Assembly (NCBI RefSeq): GCF_902459465.1
Contig: NC_047079.1
Location: forward strand, 2,480,001-2,544,000
Source of the DNA: Asterias rubens
Taxonomy: Eukaryota
Length of the DNA: 64,000 nucleotides
Direction: 5' to 3'
Within the stretch, counting starts at the first letter, position 1; each line of letters opens with the position of its first letter. This document shows positions 47,051 through 59,020 of the stretch, piece by piece. The notes under the pieces were generated by a model. The model ran no database searches and had not been told where the DNA came from. It was given only the letters and a program-made list of their open reading frames with translations. A program made the translations under genes and the position numbers.

Positions 47051-47246
47051 CACCCCTTACACATCAATCGAGCAACCCGGTCCAAAGTCTGCTAGGGTAG
47101 ATCGAAGACCCTCATGACTGAGGGTCATGACCCTCCTTATAAAAAGGAGGTCATATACGCCTTACATACTACTAAGGAGCCTGAAGCCGCAGTTGTCTTC
47201 AAAAAGGGCCTGGACGACTTATTAAAAGAAAAAACGGTCAATTGTT

Positions 47247-50200
47247 TTAGGAGCAAGTGACGTCACCTGATGTCTTGTTATCTATCCAATCACAGTACTG
47301 TGATATACGTGTGTAGACGCCTGGGTAGGCGGGGTCTGCACATCCTATACCCCAGCTTACGATCCCTGTTAATGTTACACCATTTACGTGCATATTCTCG
47401 TCAAAACCAGTCACGATGGGGCCACCGCTATCTTGCTGCAGAAATTGTAAAAAAAAAATCATTCAATGAAATACATAAGAGACTTTTTTAAAGTTATACT
47501 ATTCTACAGAGTGCATCCATGTGTATAGTTTTATTATTTTGTATTGTTCTCTTGAATTATACACCAAGTCTTGATTGGCTCGAACGGGCTGGGCAAGTCA
47601 ACTAATCTGGATCCAAATTGGTTCGTTCTGAACAAGATTGCTGTTTGTTTGTTACAGATGTCTCTTCTCCGAAACTGGTATTCAGTAAAGTACTTTTTCA
47701 AATTAAAATAAATATTATGATAAAAAAAAAATATATTATATATATAAATTAATCTAGTTTAAAGTTGTTTTTATAAATTCATCACTGTAACTATCTGATG
47801 TAAGTAACCCCCCCCCCCTTTTTTTCCACAGGTCCCTCATACCTATTTTTAAAATCATCATACCTTTGATTTTGCTATTCTTATTAATTGACCATTGTTA
47901 GTTGCATCATGATGCAACTTGCTCTCTAATCCTACCCTTTCATGTCTCCCTGCATTGTTGTCGAACAATACATTTACCACTTTTATGGTCCAGTAACCCA
48001 TCCTTTCATTCTAAACATCCTTTGTCCTCGCCACTTCACTCCTATTGGTTCATAGCCACCAATATTGTCTCTGAAATAGAAACTTTGATTGGCTGTTATT
48101 TTTCCCGCTTCTTTCTGGATCCTTTCCTTAATCCCTTTCCCCCTCTCTTTTTCTATAAATGGATATGTATTTGTTTGTACTTTGTTTTATGCCTCTGAAG
48201 AAGGTCCGGATTGGATCGAAAGCTAAGGCCATCTACCCTATTCATTATATATATACATAAGGAAGGGTAACTGGACCATAAAAGTGGTAAATGTATTGTT
48301 CGACAACAATACAGGGAGACATGAAAGGGTAGGATTAGAGAGCAAGTTGCATCATGATGCAACTAACAATGGTCAATTAATAAGAATAGCAAGATCAAAG
48401 GTATGATGATTTTAAAAATAGGTATGAGGGACCTGTGGAAAAAAGGGGGGTTACTTACATCAGATAGTTACAGTGATGAATTTATAAAAACAACTTTAAA
48501 CTAGGTTAATTTATACTTTATGTACAGAATATATACAACATATAAGTTCTTAGGCAGAAGTGAAGTGGAGGGTAATGAGAAGTTATTTAACACCAGTGTT
48601 TATGTTAAGTCCAAAGGGTTTGACTGTCTTGAGTTGGTGAATCCAGTGTGATTCTCTATTCTTGCGGTGTGTGTCATCACCATTGCAAGCTTCAATCACC
48701 AGAAGTTAAACATCAATGACACTATGATTGGGGCTGTTGAAGTGGATAGAGACTGGGTACGGTTTCTTAGTCTTTATGGAAGAGACATGATTCGCAAAGC
48801 GAAGACTAAGTTTGGTCTTAGTCTCTCCCACATATTGTAGCCCACATCTCTTACATGATATGACATAGACTACATTAGACGTGCTGCATTCAGAGTCGGT
48901 CTTGATGTTGTATGAAGAGCCAGTGGTATGACTCTTCACCTTAAGTGAGGGCTTAATGTGCAGACACGTTTTGCATTTGGAACGGGTACATTTGTGACAG
49001 CCCAGTATATCTGTCGGGGTTTGTGTTTGGACTGTACCTGGGGGAAGTTTGGCCCTGACTAGTATGTCACCAAGGTTCTTAGGGCGGCGGAATGCAACCA
49101 TGGGAACCTCAGTGATTGCTGAGTGTAACCTGCTGGAGGAGTGAAGTATAGGCATGTTATTATTGAGAATTGAGGGAAGTTTGGGTAGTTTGGGGTGGAA
49201 GGTGGTGACCAAAGCAACTCTATTGGTAGGAGCTTTTTTAGCTCCCGTGTTAGTCAACAGAGTATGACGAGGTACGTTGAGAGCCCTGTTGATAGCAAGT
49301 TGGACCCTACGTTCGCTGTTTCCCCTAGATACAAGGTGTTTCCTTAGCTCTGATGAGCGCCTCTTGTACAGGGTATCTGTGGAACAGATACGCCTGATAC
49401 GTAAGGCCTGACTGTAAGCAATTGCCTTCTTACAGTGACTAGGGTGACAGCTATTGGAGAGAAGGTACTGGTGGGTGTCGGTGGGTTTACTGTAAACATC
49501 TGTGACAAGGCCATTAGGAGACTTGGTTATTGTCACATCTAGAAAGTTCACACTGGTGAGAGATTGTTCGGTAGTGAACTTAATGGTGGGGTGAAATGAG
49601 TTGATATGGTCAATAAACTCATCCAAGCTGTCTTGGTCACCACACCAGATGGAGAAAATATCATCACTAAATCTCCACCAAACTAGTGGTCGGTTGGGGG
49701 CGGAGGACAGGAGTCTGTCCTCCAACTGAGACATGAATAGGTTAGCATATGAGGGTGCCATTTTGGTACCCATGGCAGTACCCTGTACCTGTAGAAAATG
49801 CCTGTCAGAAAATGTGAAATTATTCTTCTTTAATAGAATGTGGCTCATGAGTTCCTTAATATGACTCACTGAGGGGCGGGACTGATTACTAGCATTGAGG
49901 GCAGAGACACATGCACTCATGCCTTCATGATGGGGTATGTTAGTATACAGTGATGAAACATCAAAAGTAACCAAAATAGCAGAGTCAGGTATTTGGTGCT
50001 TGACCTCATCTAGTTTGTGGAGAAAGTCTTTGGTATCCTTGATGAAGGAAGGAATACGGCAGACTAAGGGTTTGAGGAAGCTATCGACAAACTCAGAAAT
50101 GCGCTCTGTGGGGCTACCATTCCCAGATACAATAGGTCTCCCCGAGTTATTGGGCTTGTGTATCTTAGGTAGAAGGTAGAACCTTGCTGTACAGGGGTCA

Positions 50201-50751
50201 TGTGGGAGGAGATAGTTAAATGTATCTTTCTCAATATCATTGGCATTATAAATCTTAACCAGGGTGTCACTGATATCTTGGGAGAAAGATTCAGTGGGAT
50301 CAGAAGCACATTCAATGTAATGATCAGTGTTACTGAGCTGTCTAAGGCCCTCAGCAATGTAGTCATGTGTGTTCATGACTACAACTGCGGACCCCTTGTC
50401 AGCCCGTTTAATCACTATGTCTGGTGATTGGCGGAGTTGTGTAAGGGCGTGACGCTCATCTTGGGGGAGGTTGTTGGGAGTAGGGGTACTGGGGGCCTTA
50501 AGAACCTCGGAGTTAACCGAATTGATGTATGTCTCTAGAGACACATCTCGGTTCTTAGGGGGTACCCAAGTACTCTTTTCCCTGAAGCGGTTGCGGGGAA
50601 TAGGTTGGGTCTCCATTCTCTCTGAGTGCCCGGCCCCGAGCCGGCGGGTCGGGCCTCGCACCAATTTAAAGTTTGAGAATAGGTTGAGGTCGTTTCGGCT
50701 CCAAGGCCTCTTATCATTCGCTTTACCGGATGCAACTGCAACTACCGGGCG

Positions 50752-50794
<43 letters not shown>

Positions 50795-53700
50795 CGGCTC
50801 GATTAGTCTTTCGCCCCTATACCCAAGTCGGACGATCGATTTGCACGTCAGAATCGCTGCGGACCTCCACCAGAGTTTCCTCTGGCTTCGTCCTGCTCGG
50901 GCATAGTTCACCATCTTTCGGGTCTTACATATATATACATATATATAATAATATAAATAAATAAACAATATAACGACAGAAGTCTTGTTTGGATAGTTTG
51001 GATACCTTGCGTGCTTGTGTCGATGTCATGAAAGTTTTTGTGGTTTGATCCCACCATGAATAAAAATTTCCTTCATGATTGATCCCAAAAGGAAGTTGGT
51101 TCAAAAGAGGGCGCTATATCTCAGACAAAGTTGCTACTCGTACGGGGGACAGATTCTGCCGTTGTCTTTATAGGGAAATCGGTCCGCCGGCGATATTTCT
51201 GGGAAATTAGCATTGGTGAAGGAGGATGATTCAAAAGAGGGCCGGCGCTATCAGAAAAAGTTTGACCACAGTTGGCCGTATGAGGAACAAATGCTCCGGG
51301 GGACAGAATCTTCGTCACACCGTTGTCCCGGGAAATTCTGTCCGCCGGAATGAAAAATAGCGAGCTTTCTCATGACGACGGTAGGCACACACGGCGGAGA
51401 GTGGTATAGCACAGTAGTCCCTATGCTCACACTCGAGTGCTCCCGTTCTGTATGTGTGGACCGCCCGGTGACGTAGAATTGATTCAAGTCCCAGTACCGT
51501 GAGGGTCCTTTTTTTTTGCAGTCCCATCGCCTAACCATCAGACAACTTTTGCGCGGTTGGCACCCGCAACCTAGCCCCATGTGCCTGGCCGAGTCTATCA
51601 CAAGGCTCCCCCACCATACAATGTGTACAAACGACATCACTCCGTTGTCGTACAGACCGGACGTTGTTTCACCAAAATAGCGTTCCCAATCTCTACACGA
51701 TAGAGACTACTTCAATTTGGCGCATGCGTCGATCGATGTTTCTGCTCCCTTACACTGATCTCTATTATGGGTACGTTCGTTTAGCTTCCCTGGGTCGACC
51801 CCGTCGTGTGGCGTTTGTCCTTTCCAGGACGAACGTTCGTCCTGGGAAAAAAACGCCAAACACCGGGATAGACCCAGGGCAGCTAAACGAACGCACCCTA
51901 TATACAATCAGTAATCCCTTATAGCGTATTTTTTTCCCCAGGAAAGATGAGGCCACTAAGCATGGGCGAAACCAACCAAGCGTGTCTAGAGTTCCCTCTA
52001 TACACGTGTGTACTTGTATTGCATAACCATGCGAACTCCATGCGGTAACATGTAGCGTCCTCCGTCTTTCCGTTTCGGGACGGTAAGGCCATGGAGTTTT
52101 CCTCCATATAAGGCACACGTTTTTATTGTAGCCTCTTCTTCCCTGGGAAAAAAAACACGCTTAGAATTTGTTACCGTCCTGTGTACTACCGTCCCGAAAA
52201 ACGAAAGGTCGCTAATAGCATGGGCTGAAGGAGGATGATTAAAAAGAGGGCGCTACATAGTTCGACGCATGGGCCGGGGAACATAATCTCCGGGGGACAG
52301 GATCTCCGGGGGACAGGATCTCCTGTCTGCCCCCTATGTGGAACTTTAAAACGTGGGCTGAGGGAGGGTGTTTAAAAAGAGGCCGCTATCAGGAGTACAT
52401 TAGTTGTTTTACATATAAATCGGGTTCTTTATGTTTGTGGTTTGTACACAGTTTGCTCCCGACATGTTAATATTATCAAACAACTTTTTACATGATACTT
52501 ACCGTGCAGCTATCTTTACCAGGAGCTTTGGCACAGAACATGTTAGTATTAATCGGAAAGCCATCGGTCGCATAACTATTCTTGCAAGTACTTCTGCTTA
52601 CGCCCTTTACAACAACTTGTCGTAGAACCTTGGATAAGTCGCCACCATCTGCAACAGAAAGACCATAATGATTATGGATTATTCTAGCGACTTGCCGCCT
52701 GAATGTCAGAACGGAGTTTTATCATGGAAACCACACAAACAAGGGGAGAAGTATTATTATTTTTTTTTTTCTTGGGCGCGTTTCTATGTCTGGCTGTCTC
52801 GTAGTTTAAATTGTGCCTTTATTTTCGTTACTTACCTGTAGATAAAATGAATCGGTCCTTATTTTAACTTACCTTCTTACAAACTTAATGGAATAGTCTT
52901 ATTAATAGCATAACCCAAACTAGTTTAGATTTGTGCGTATACTGTCAACTATGTGGTATGTTCCTTTTCGGTTGGAACCAGCCTTTGTTGCACACACACA
53001 GTGCTTGTTGTACCATTAGTTACTTTGTTCATATGGCGGAATGTTTCTTTAAAACTTTAACTTGGATTTCATTAGGCTTAATGTAGCATGTAGAAGTGAC
53101 AATAAAAGCGTAGCCTAAACAACCGGCTACAAAAATTTTATTGTAAGTGTCCCTTTATTTTCAGTTAGTGGTAGAATATAGAATAGTACAAGAATACCAA
53201 GAATAAGTAGTTAGGGTGGGGCAAAGAGAGTGGGTGAGAAAGGATATTATGTGAAAATGCTGTGCGAAGGCAGTTGACTTCAAAAGCTGAGAGTGAGAGC
53301 ACGTGTGAGGTTCTGCGATATAGCCACCAACCAGTGCATGTAGCTAAACGGACTTGTGCATCAGTTGGCATACAATTTTTTATGCCGAAGCCAAAGCTCA
53401 GTAAAATTAGCCACTGAGGCAAGTCATTAAAAGTTTAACTCGGTATTGCCGCAAGCCAGCGGAAACATTGTATGATGGCCAGCAGACCTAACCAGCACAA
53501 CCCAAGAATACTACGCATTGAGAAACCATGGCATTGAGTGAGGATTGGAGATTAAACGGAAGAACTGAGAATGATATTGATGACTGAAATTGCCAGGACT
53601 GTTACGGGGCTACCTACTGAAGCCAGGGTATACAGAGTCCACAGAAGACAGGGAAACGTCTGAAGGGCCAGTGGTCTGAATTGCCTGTTACTAATTTTGA

Positions 53701-56700
53701 ATGTAAAATAAAACGTGTACAGTTTAAAGGCAGTGGACACTATTGGTAATTACTCAAAATAATTATCATCAAACCTTTCTTGATTACAAGTAATGGGGAG
53801 AGGTTGATAGTATAAAACATTGTGAGAAACAGCTCCCTCTGAAGTGACGTAGTTTTCGAGAAAGGAGTAATTTTCCACGAATTTGATTTCGAGACCTCAA
53901 GTTTAGAATTTAAGGTCTCGAAATCAAGCATATAAAAGCACACAACTTCGTGTGACAAGGGTGTTTTTTCTTTCACTATTATCTCGCAAATTCGACAACC
54001 AATTGAGCTCAAATTTTCACAGGTTTGTTATTTTATGCATATGTTGAGATTCATCAACTGAAGACTAGTCTTTGACAATTACCAATAATGTCCAGTGTCT
54101 TTAAGTGAATAAGATAATCAAAGGATTCTGGTTTCAGGACTTATTTCTGTTTGTTTGAGAACTCGGTTCTGACACTGGCTTTTGGGGAAAAGTATCTTCT
54201 TAAGCTTAAGATGTCAGCTGAACTTTAGACAAAAATAGACTTTCAGCGGTTATCCTGAGTTACGTGCAGAAATGACGGTCTGGAGAGAACCAGCAGTAGA
54301 AGTGCCACCACAACTATTCAATAATACGACTGGAAAATCCCCATGGGTTTTTCTATTTCGCAGGTTGTACCTTTAAATCAAAACTAATAAAATAATGCTT
54401 GTATTTTGTACATGGCATATACGTCGTTTGTGCCAAAGCAATGCGTTTACACGATATGCAAACAAGCGCCATAAGCCTATTATATCAAGAACTCATAGAG
54501 CTGCTCTTAACTTGCCGATTTGTTTTCTCATTTTTCCTTCTTTTTATGTCTGCTGAGCGAAACACAAGCAGGGCACTTTTTTAACTTGGAATTCGACAGT
54601 TAACAAGACTTTGTTACACACAACGTGTTTTTGCGAAGTGAGTGCCATAGTCTATAAAAAGATTTCATACTCGCTAAGTTGTCTTCCAAGCGATAAGCAA
54701 AAATATAAGCGGGATATAAAGAAAGTACCAGGTGGTTGTCTAACTGGTCACCTCATCTGGTAAGGGAAATGTTGGCACTATTGGTAATTGTCAAAGACCA
54801 TTCGTCTCACTTGGTGTATCTCAACGTATGCATAAAATAACAAACCTGTAAAAATTTGAGCCCTGGTGGTCGAAGATGCGAGATAATAATGGGAAAAAAA
54901 ACACCCTTGTCACACGAAGTTGTGTTCTTTCAGATGCTTGATTTTGAGACCTCGAAATTCTAAATCTGAGGTCTCGAAATCAAATTCATGGAAAATTACT
55001 TCTTTCTCGAAAACTACGTCACTTCCTGTTTCTCACAATGTATATTCTCACAATGTATAATGTTATATTATATAACACCCAAGCAGATCCTTGCCATTTG
55101 ATTGGAGGATTGTCCGTCACGTGATAGCAAATAAAAGTACCATTGCACGCTGAGTCACTCACCGTGCTTTTTCGTTCCATCCGAAAAGTACCATTGCACG
55201 CTGGCAGCGTGCAATGGTACTTTTCGGATGGAACGAAAAAGCTGAGTAAAAACATCACTGCGTGCGCGTGTCTTTGGTAACGCAGCAGGTGTTACTGCAA
55301 GAAGGCATAGTAAAATTACTAGCATTCGGCTTCTACAGTTGAAATTGTTTGTTTTGAAAGTTGTATCTTTCAATCAAAATGACAAAGATCTACTTGGATG
55401 TTATATAAAACAAATAATGAATGTTTTTCATTCGTGCAATGGTACGAATATGTTCATTCGTTGAAAGCTGGAATGTTCCATTCAACTCGGCTCCGCCTCG
55501 TTGAATAGAACATTCCATCTTTCAACTCATGAACATATTCGCACCATTGCACTCATAAACATTCATTATGTGTAAACTATCAACCTCTCCCCATTACTTG
55601 TAATCAAGTGAGGTTTTATGATAATAATTATTTTGAGTTATTACCAATAGTGTCCACTGCCTTTAAGCTATCATGACATTGGGTCCAGTTCTTCACACCT
55701 ACCTTTAACTCTTCCCCAGCCGCTGACCAACAGACTGGTTCCCGACGCAACATCACTGTTAGCACTCACGATAGGAATAGTCTGCACCTGGTTGGAGAGC
55801 ACCACAGCGTTATCCAATTTGATGAGTGCGATATCGCTGTCTATTGTCGCGGGGTCAAATTTGTCATGCTTTATCCATTTGCCTTTGATGATAGTAGCGC
55901 CATCTGCCGCCGTGTCGCGTAGATCGTGGAAGCCAACACCTACCCACACATCAACTGGACTATTTAAATAGAAAACAAATAACACCAGCTCGAAAGTTTT
56001 ATCATTTTAATAAGGATTGTGTTTCGTAATTTAGACATACAAATATTTACAAGTATGCGTAAACTTTACTGCATAGCTAAACGGGGCTGGCCACTACTGC
56101 AGCAGTGTGGCGCCCTCGCGTGAAGCTGTGCATTTTCATTGTTTCAACATGGCGGCAGGATGACGTCATTGAATAAGGTCCGTGATAAGCCTAGATTTGA
56201 CAATGCAAGAATGATCCTTTGTAAAACAAAACAAAAAAGTGAAGTGCGAAATGTTTCTTGGTTTGACATGCGGATAGTGAGAAAGACGGAAGTCAAGTCT
56301 GGAATGAAGGTATCTTCGTAAAGGTAGTGGACACAATTGGTAATCACTCAAAATAGTTGTAAGCATAAAAACTTACTTGTTAACGATCAATGGAGAGCTG
56401 TTATATTGTGAAAAAAAACGGCTCCCTCTGAAGTAACGTAGTTTTCGAGAAAGAAGTAATTTTCCACGAACTTGATTTCTAGACCTCGGAAATAGATTTT
56501 GAGGTATCGAAATCAAGCACCTGAAAGCACACAATTCTTGTGACAGGGGTGTTTTTGTCTTTCATTATTATCTCGCAACTTCGCCGACCAATTGAGCTCC
56601 AATTTTCACAGGTTTGTTATTTTATGCATATTATGTTGAGATACACCAAGTAAGAAGACTGGTCTTTGACAATTTACCAAGATTGTCCAGTGTCTTTAAA

Positions 56701-59020
56701 GCATCATGCTGTATGCCACTTACCCAACACAGTGAGCTGCCGACAATACCCACTGTGGGTGAACAAGGGTACCACCACAGAATTGATCTTCACCATCGTT
56801 ACTGCCAAGAATTGATACCTGGTACGGGCGACTTTCCAACGGGGCCTCCACTCCCCCGACGATCAGACTCCGGGAATCGATAAGATGGCTTGATGAAAAC
56901 CCTGAATTATTGTAAAAAGTACAGTGTCTTTTATATTTTAAGTATCACATTTTGTTCGAGCATTAACACAGACTAAAAAAAGGGCGGCGCAAAAAAAATT
57001 GTAAAAAGTATATATTAAAATTTCGACTAAAAAAATCCCACAACAATAGGAGACTTTTGCACGCTAGGTGGCAGCAGACTTACCAGGAAAAACAAAAAAG
57101 TTCATTGTTTACTGTGGCCCTTTTCGAAACCACGGCTTCGGCTTTGGATTCGGCTTCAGCCCGTCTGAAGCCCAGAGCACGTATACGCTCAATGTCAAAA
57201 CAGTCAATCTAGCCTAAGCCGAATCTGGAGCCGAAGCCGTGGTTTCGAAAAATGGCCGTAGTTCTGAGCACGACATTACCGAAAACAATGAATTTCACCT
57301 GGTAAGTCTGCTGCCACCAAGCGTTCCAAAAGTACCCTACTGTAAAGGAAAAATTGTATAGATAGATAGATAACTAGATAAACAAATAAAGATAACAATA
57401 ATGCGACGGAAAGCAGACCTACCAAGTCTCACGCATTAGGCGTGAGACTCACGCATTTGGGCTCTGTCTCACGCTCACACGCACAGCAACCATTTTCTGA
57501 CGCATTGGGGCCAGACCGGGACAAAAATAAAAAATAACGACAATGCATTGCCAAATCGCGCTCGTGTGTACAAAAAACGCAATCTACAATGTAGATTGCA
57601 CGCAGTTTATCAGAATCATCAACTTGCTGCCGTACAAATAGAGCGCAAATTTGCAGATTGCGCACGCTTTTGCTCTCCCAGCAGGTTCAGCTTAAATTCG
57701 GCAGAGCGCAAAACGCTTATTGCGCACAAGTTTTCCCCGGTTCGTTTAGCAAATTCGTTAAATGCGCTCCACTAGCGAAGACACAACAGGCAGAAGAAGT
57801 GAGCGGACGATTTTGGACATCATTTTTAGTCGATTTTTTATTTTGGGGGGAACTAATCTGACACAATCGTACCTCCACATTAACCATCAACATCTCCTGT
57901 GTACCTCATGTGAGTTTTAATTATTCTGAACAGGTTTTTTTATGCATATAAAAAAAAAGTTGGGCGGCGATTTCGAAAGGCCTTCTAAATCTGACGATTT
58001 TTTTTTCCGGGGGGAGGGGTGGTGGTGAGCTTTGAAAAATCTCACGCAAAGCTGGCCTCTGGACTTGGCATCTCTGGGAAAGAGATGCCACGCTTAGAAA
58101 AAAACTAAAATTAGAAAATAATTAACAGAATCTACGATAATATTTATTCTAGTGACCGGTTCGATCAATGCTTAACTTTGCTCCCAAACTGTGGTAGCTA
58201 TTTCCTAGAAAGTGGCTTTTACCAGGATTTTGCCGGTGTTACGATACGAAAGTGATGAAAAGAACGACAAAATTTCATGGCAATTATTTCGTGTGTTATT
58301 CTTCTAGTGTGTAAGACACCAACAAGTTGTCTGTTACGCACCCTCTCAACTGTAAACCGGTCATCACAGTGCGATTACCGGTTAACAGTAGGAACGAATT
58401 GTTCTCCTATGTAGGCCTGATGCGTTGTCTATCTCTCTCATTCCATTGCTCTTTGCACTGTGTGGAGTTTATGCACTCAATCGTGAACAAAACTAGACAA
58501 TGTACACGTGGAGAGAGAGACAAATGCTACATATCTCCTTTTTAGGGACACGATTAAGCGCACAGAAATACGAAACAAATCTGGAGCAAGAGGCACCAGT
58601 AGACAATTCATAAAAACAAGCTTTTAAAGCCCTTGGCACACTTGGTAACCAGGACAGGTGAGAAGATGGAGAGATGACATCAGGGTATGTTATACAGGAA
58701 CAACATGGACAAGAAGTGCAAGAAACAAAAACAAACGGCATAGGGCGACATCCTACACTGGGTAAACACAGCCTGAACGATGATGATAAAATCGAGAGTG
58801 AAGAATATGCAAATAAATATTTGGTTACCTCAAACCCCTTCACTTTGTTTCCATTTGAAAAATCATGACTTTTTGACTATTTGATCAACCCCAAATCGAG
58901 AGGGAAAATAATATGCAACTACCGTCAATCTTCCATTGAGTTATCTCAAACCTCTTCACATTACTGTCTGTACTTACCTAAAGCCAGGGAGAGGCTGACA
59001 AGAAACACTGCGACTCTCAT
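47247..59020 (-). CDS. Secreted trypsin-like (S1A) serine protease C, 5 exons (59020-58978, 56901-56724, 55959-55703, 52648-52503, 47435-47247), 270 aa
   Basis: GT-AG introns in the same phases as gene B, total 813 nt. It has IVGG, LSAAHC, DIALIKL, GKDSCT|QDSGGP, SWGIGC and YPGVYT. Confidence 0.92.
47735..48245 (+). mobile_element. Inverted copy of the Penelope 3' end (pLTR), tail-to-tail with the element
   Basis: ~47735-47997 is the near-exact reverse complement of ~48266-48512. The copy extends a further ~240 bp to a hammerhead motif and is bounded by (TA)n tracts. Confidence 0.8.
48191..48229 (+). ncRNA. Minimal type-I hammerhead ribozyme of the Penelope pLTR type
   Basis: gcct-CTGAAGA-a-ggtcc(ggatt)ggatc-GAAA-gcta-aggc: intact core, stem II, stem I (gcct/aggc) and a palindromic AGCT in place of stem III. 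Confidence 0.75.
48583..50616 (-). mobile_element. Penelope-like element ORF (RT + Cys-rich linker + GIY-YIG endonuclease), 5'-truncated and inactive
   Basis: [47 protein letters not shown] (usually Y/FIDD) and NVVY..YVGET. A premature TAA at 48706-48708 precedes the in-frame tail [26 protein letters not shown], which ends at 48583. Confidence 0.93.
50613..50924 (-). pseudogene. Dispersed 28S rRNA fragment (domain II, including the GTPase-associated centre) fused to the Penelope ORF
   Basis: Minus strand reads GACCCGAAAGATGGTGAACTATGC...TAGTAGCTGGTTCCCTCCGAAGTTTCCCTCAGGATAGC...AACCTATTCTCAAACTTTAAA. The LR5 primer sequence TCCTGAGGGAAACTTCG is at 50759-50775 on +. Confidence 0.95.
57414..58076. 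mobile_element. Non-autonomous DNA transposon with CAG...CTG ends and a 6-bp TSD (GGAAAG), hAT-like
   Basis: cagacctaccaagtc versus the reverse complement cagagatgccaagtc. GGAAAG is immediately outside both ends. Confidence 0.55.

Larger units (their letters stand above)
41916..47173. mobile_element. Non-autonomous Polinton/Maverick-like DNA element (81-bp TIRs, 6-bp TSD AAGGAG)
   Basis: 41916-41996 is the exact reverse complement of 47093-47173. Termini are AGTAGT...ACTACT and AAGGAG lies at 41910-41915 and 47174-47179. The joined flanks align with the uninterrupted 3' region of paralog B (~13550-13660). Confidence 0.8.

Noticed and set aside
36194-47100. ORFs containing long X runs (36194-36655 and 46822-47100 groups)
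   Set aside because: Artefacts of translating N gaps.
50613-50924. Functional rRNA gene or rDNA unit
   Set aside because: Only ~310 bp of 28S is present, with no 18S, 5.8S or ITS, and it lies within an intron.
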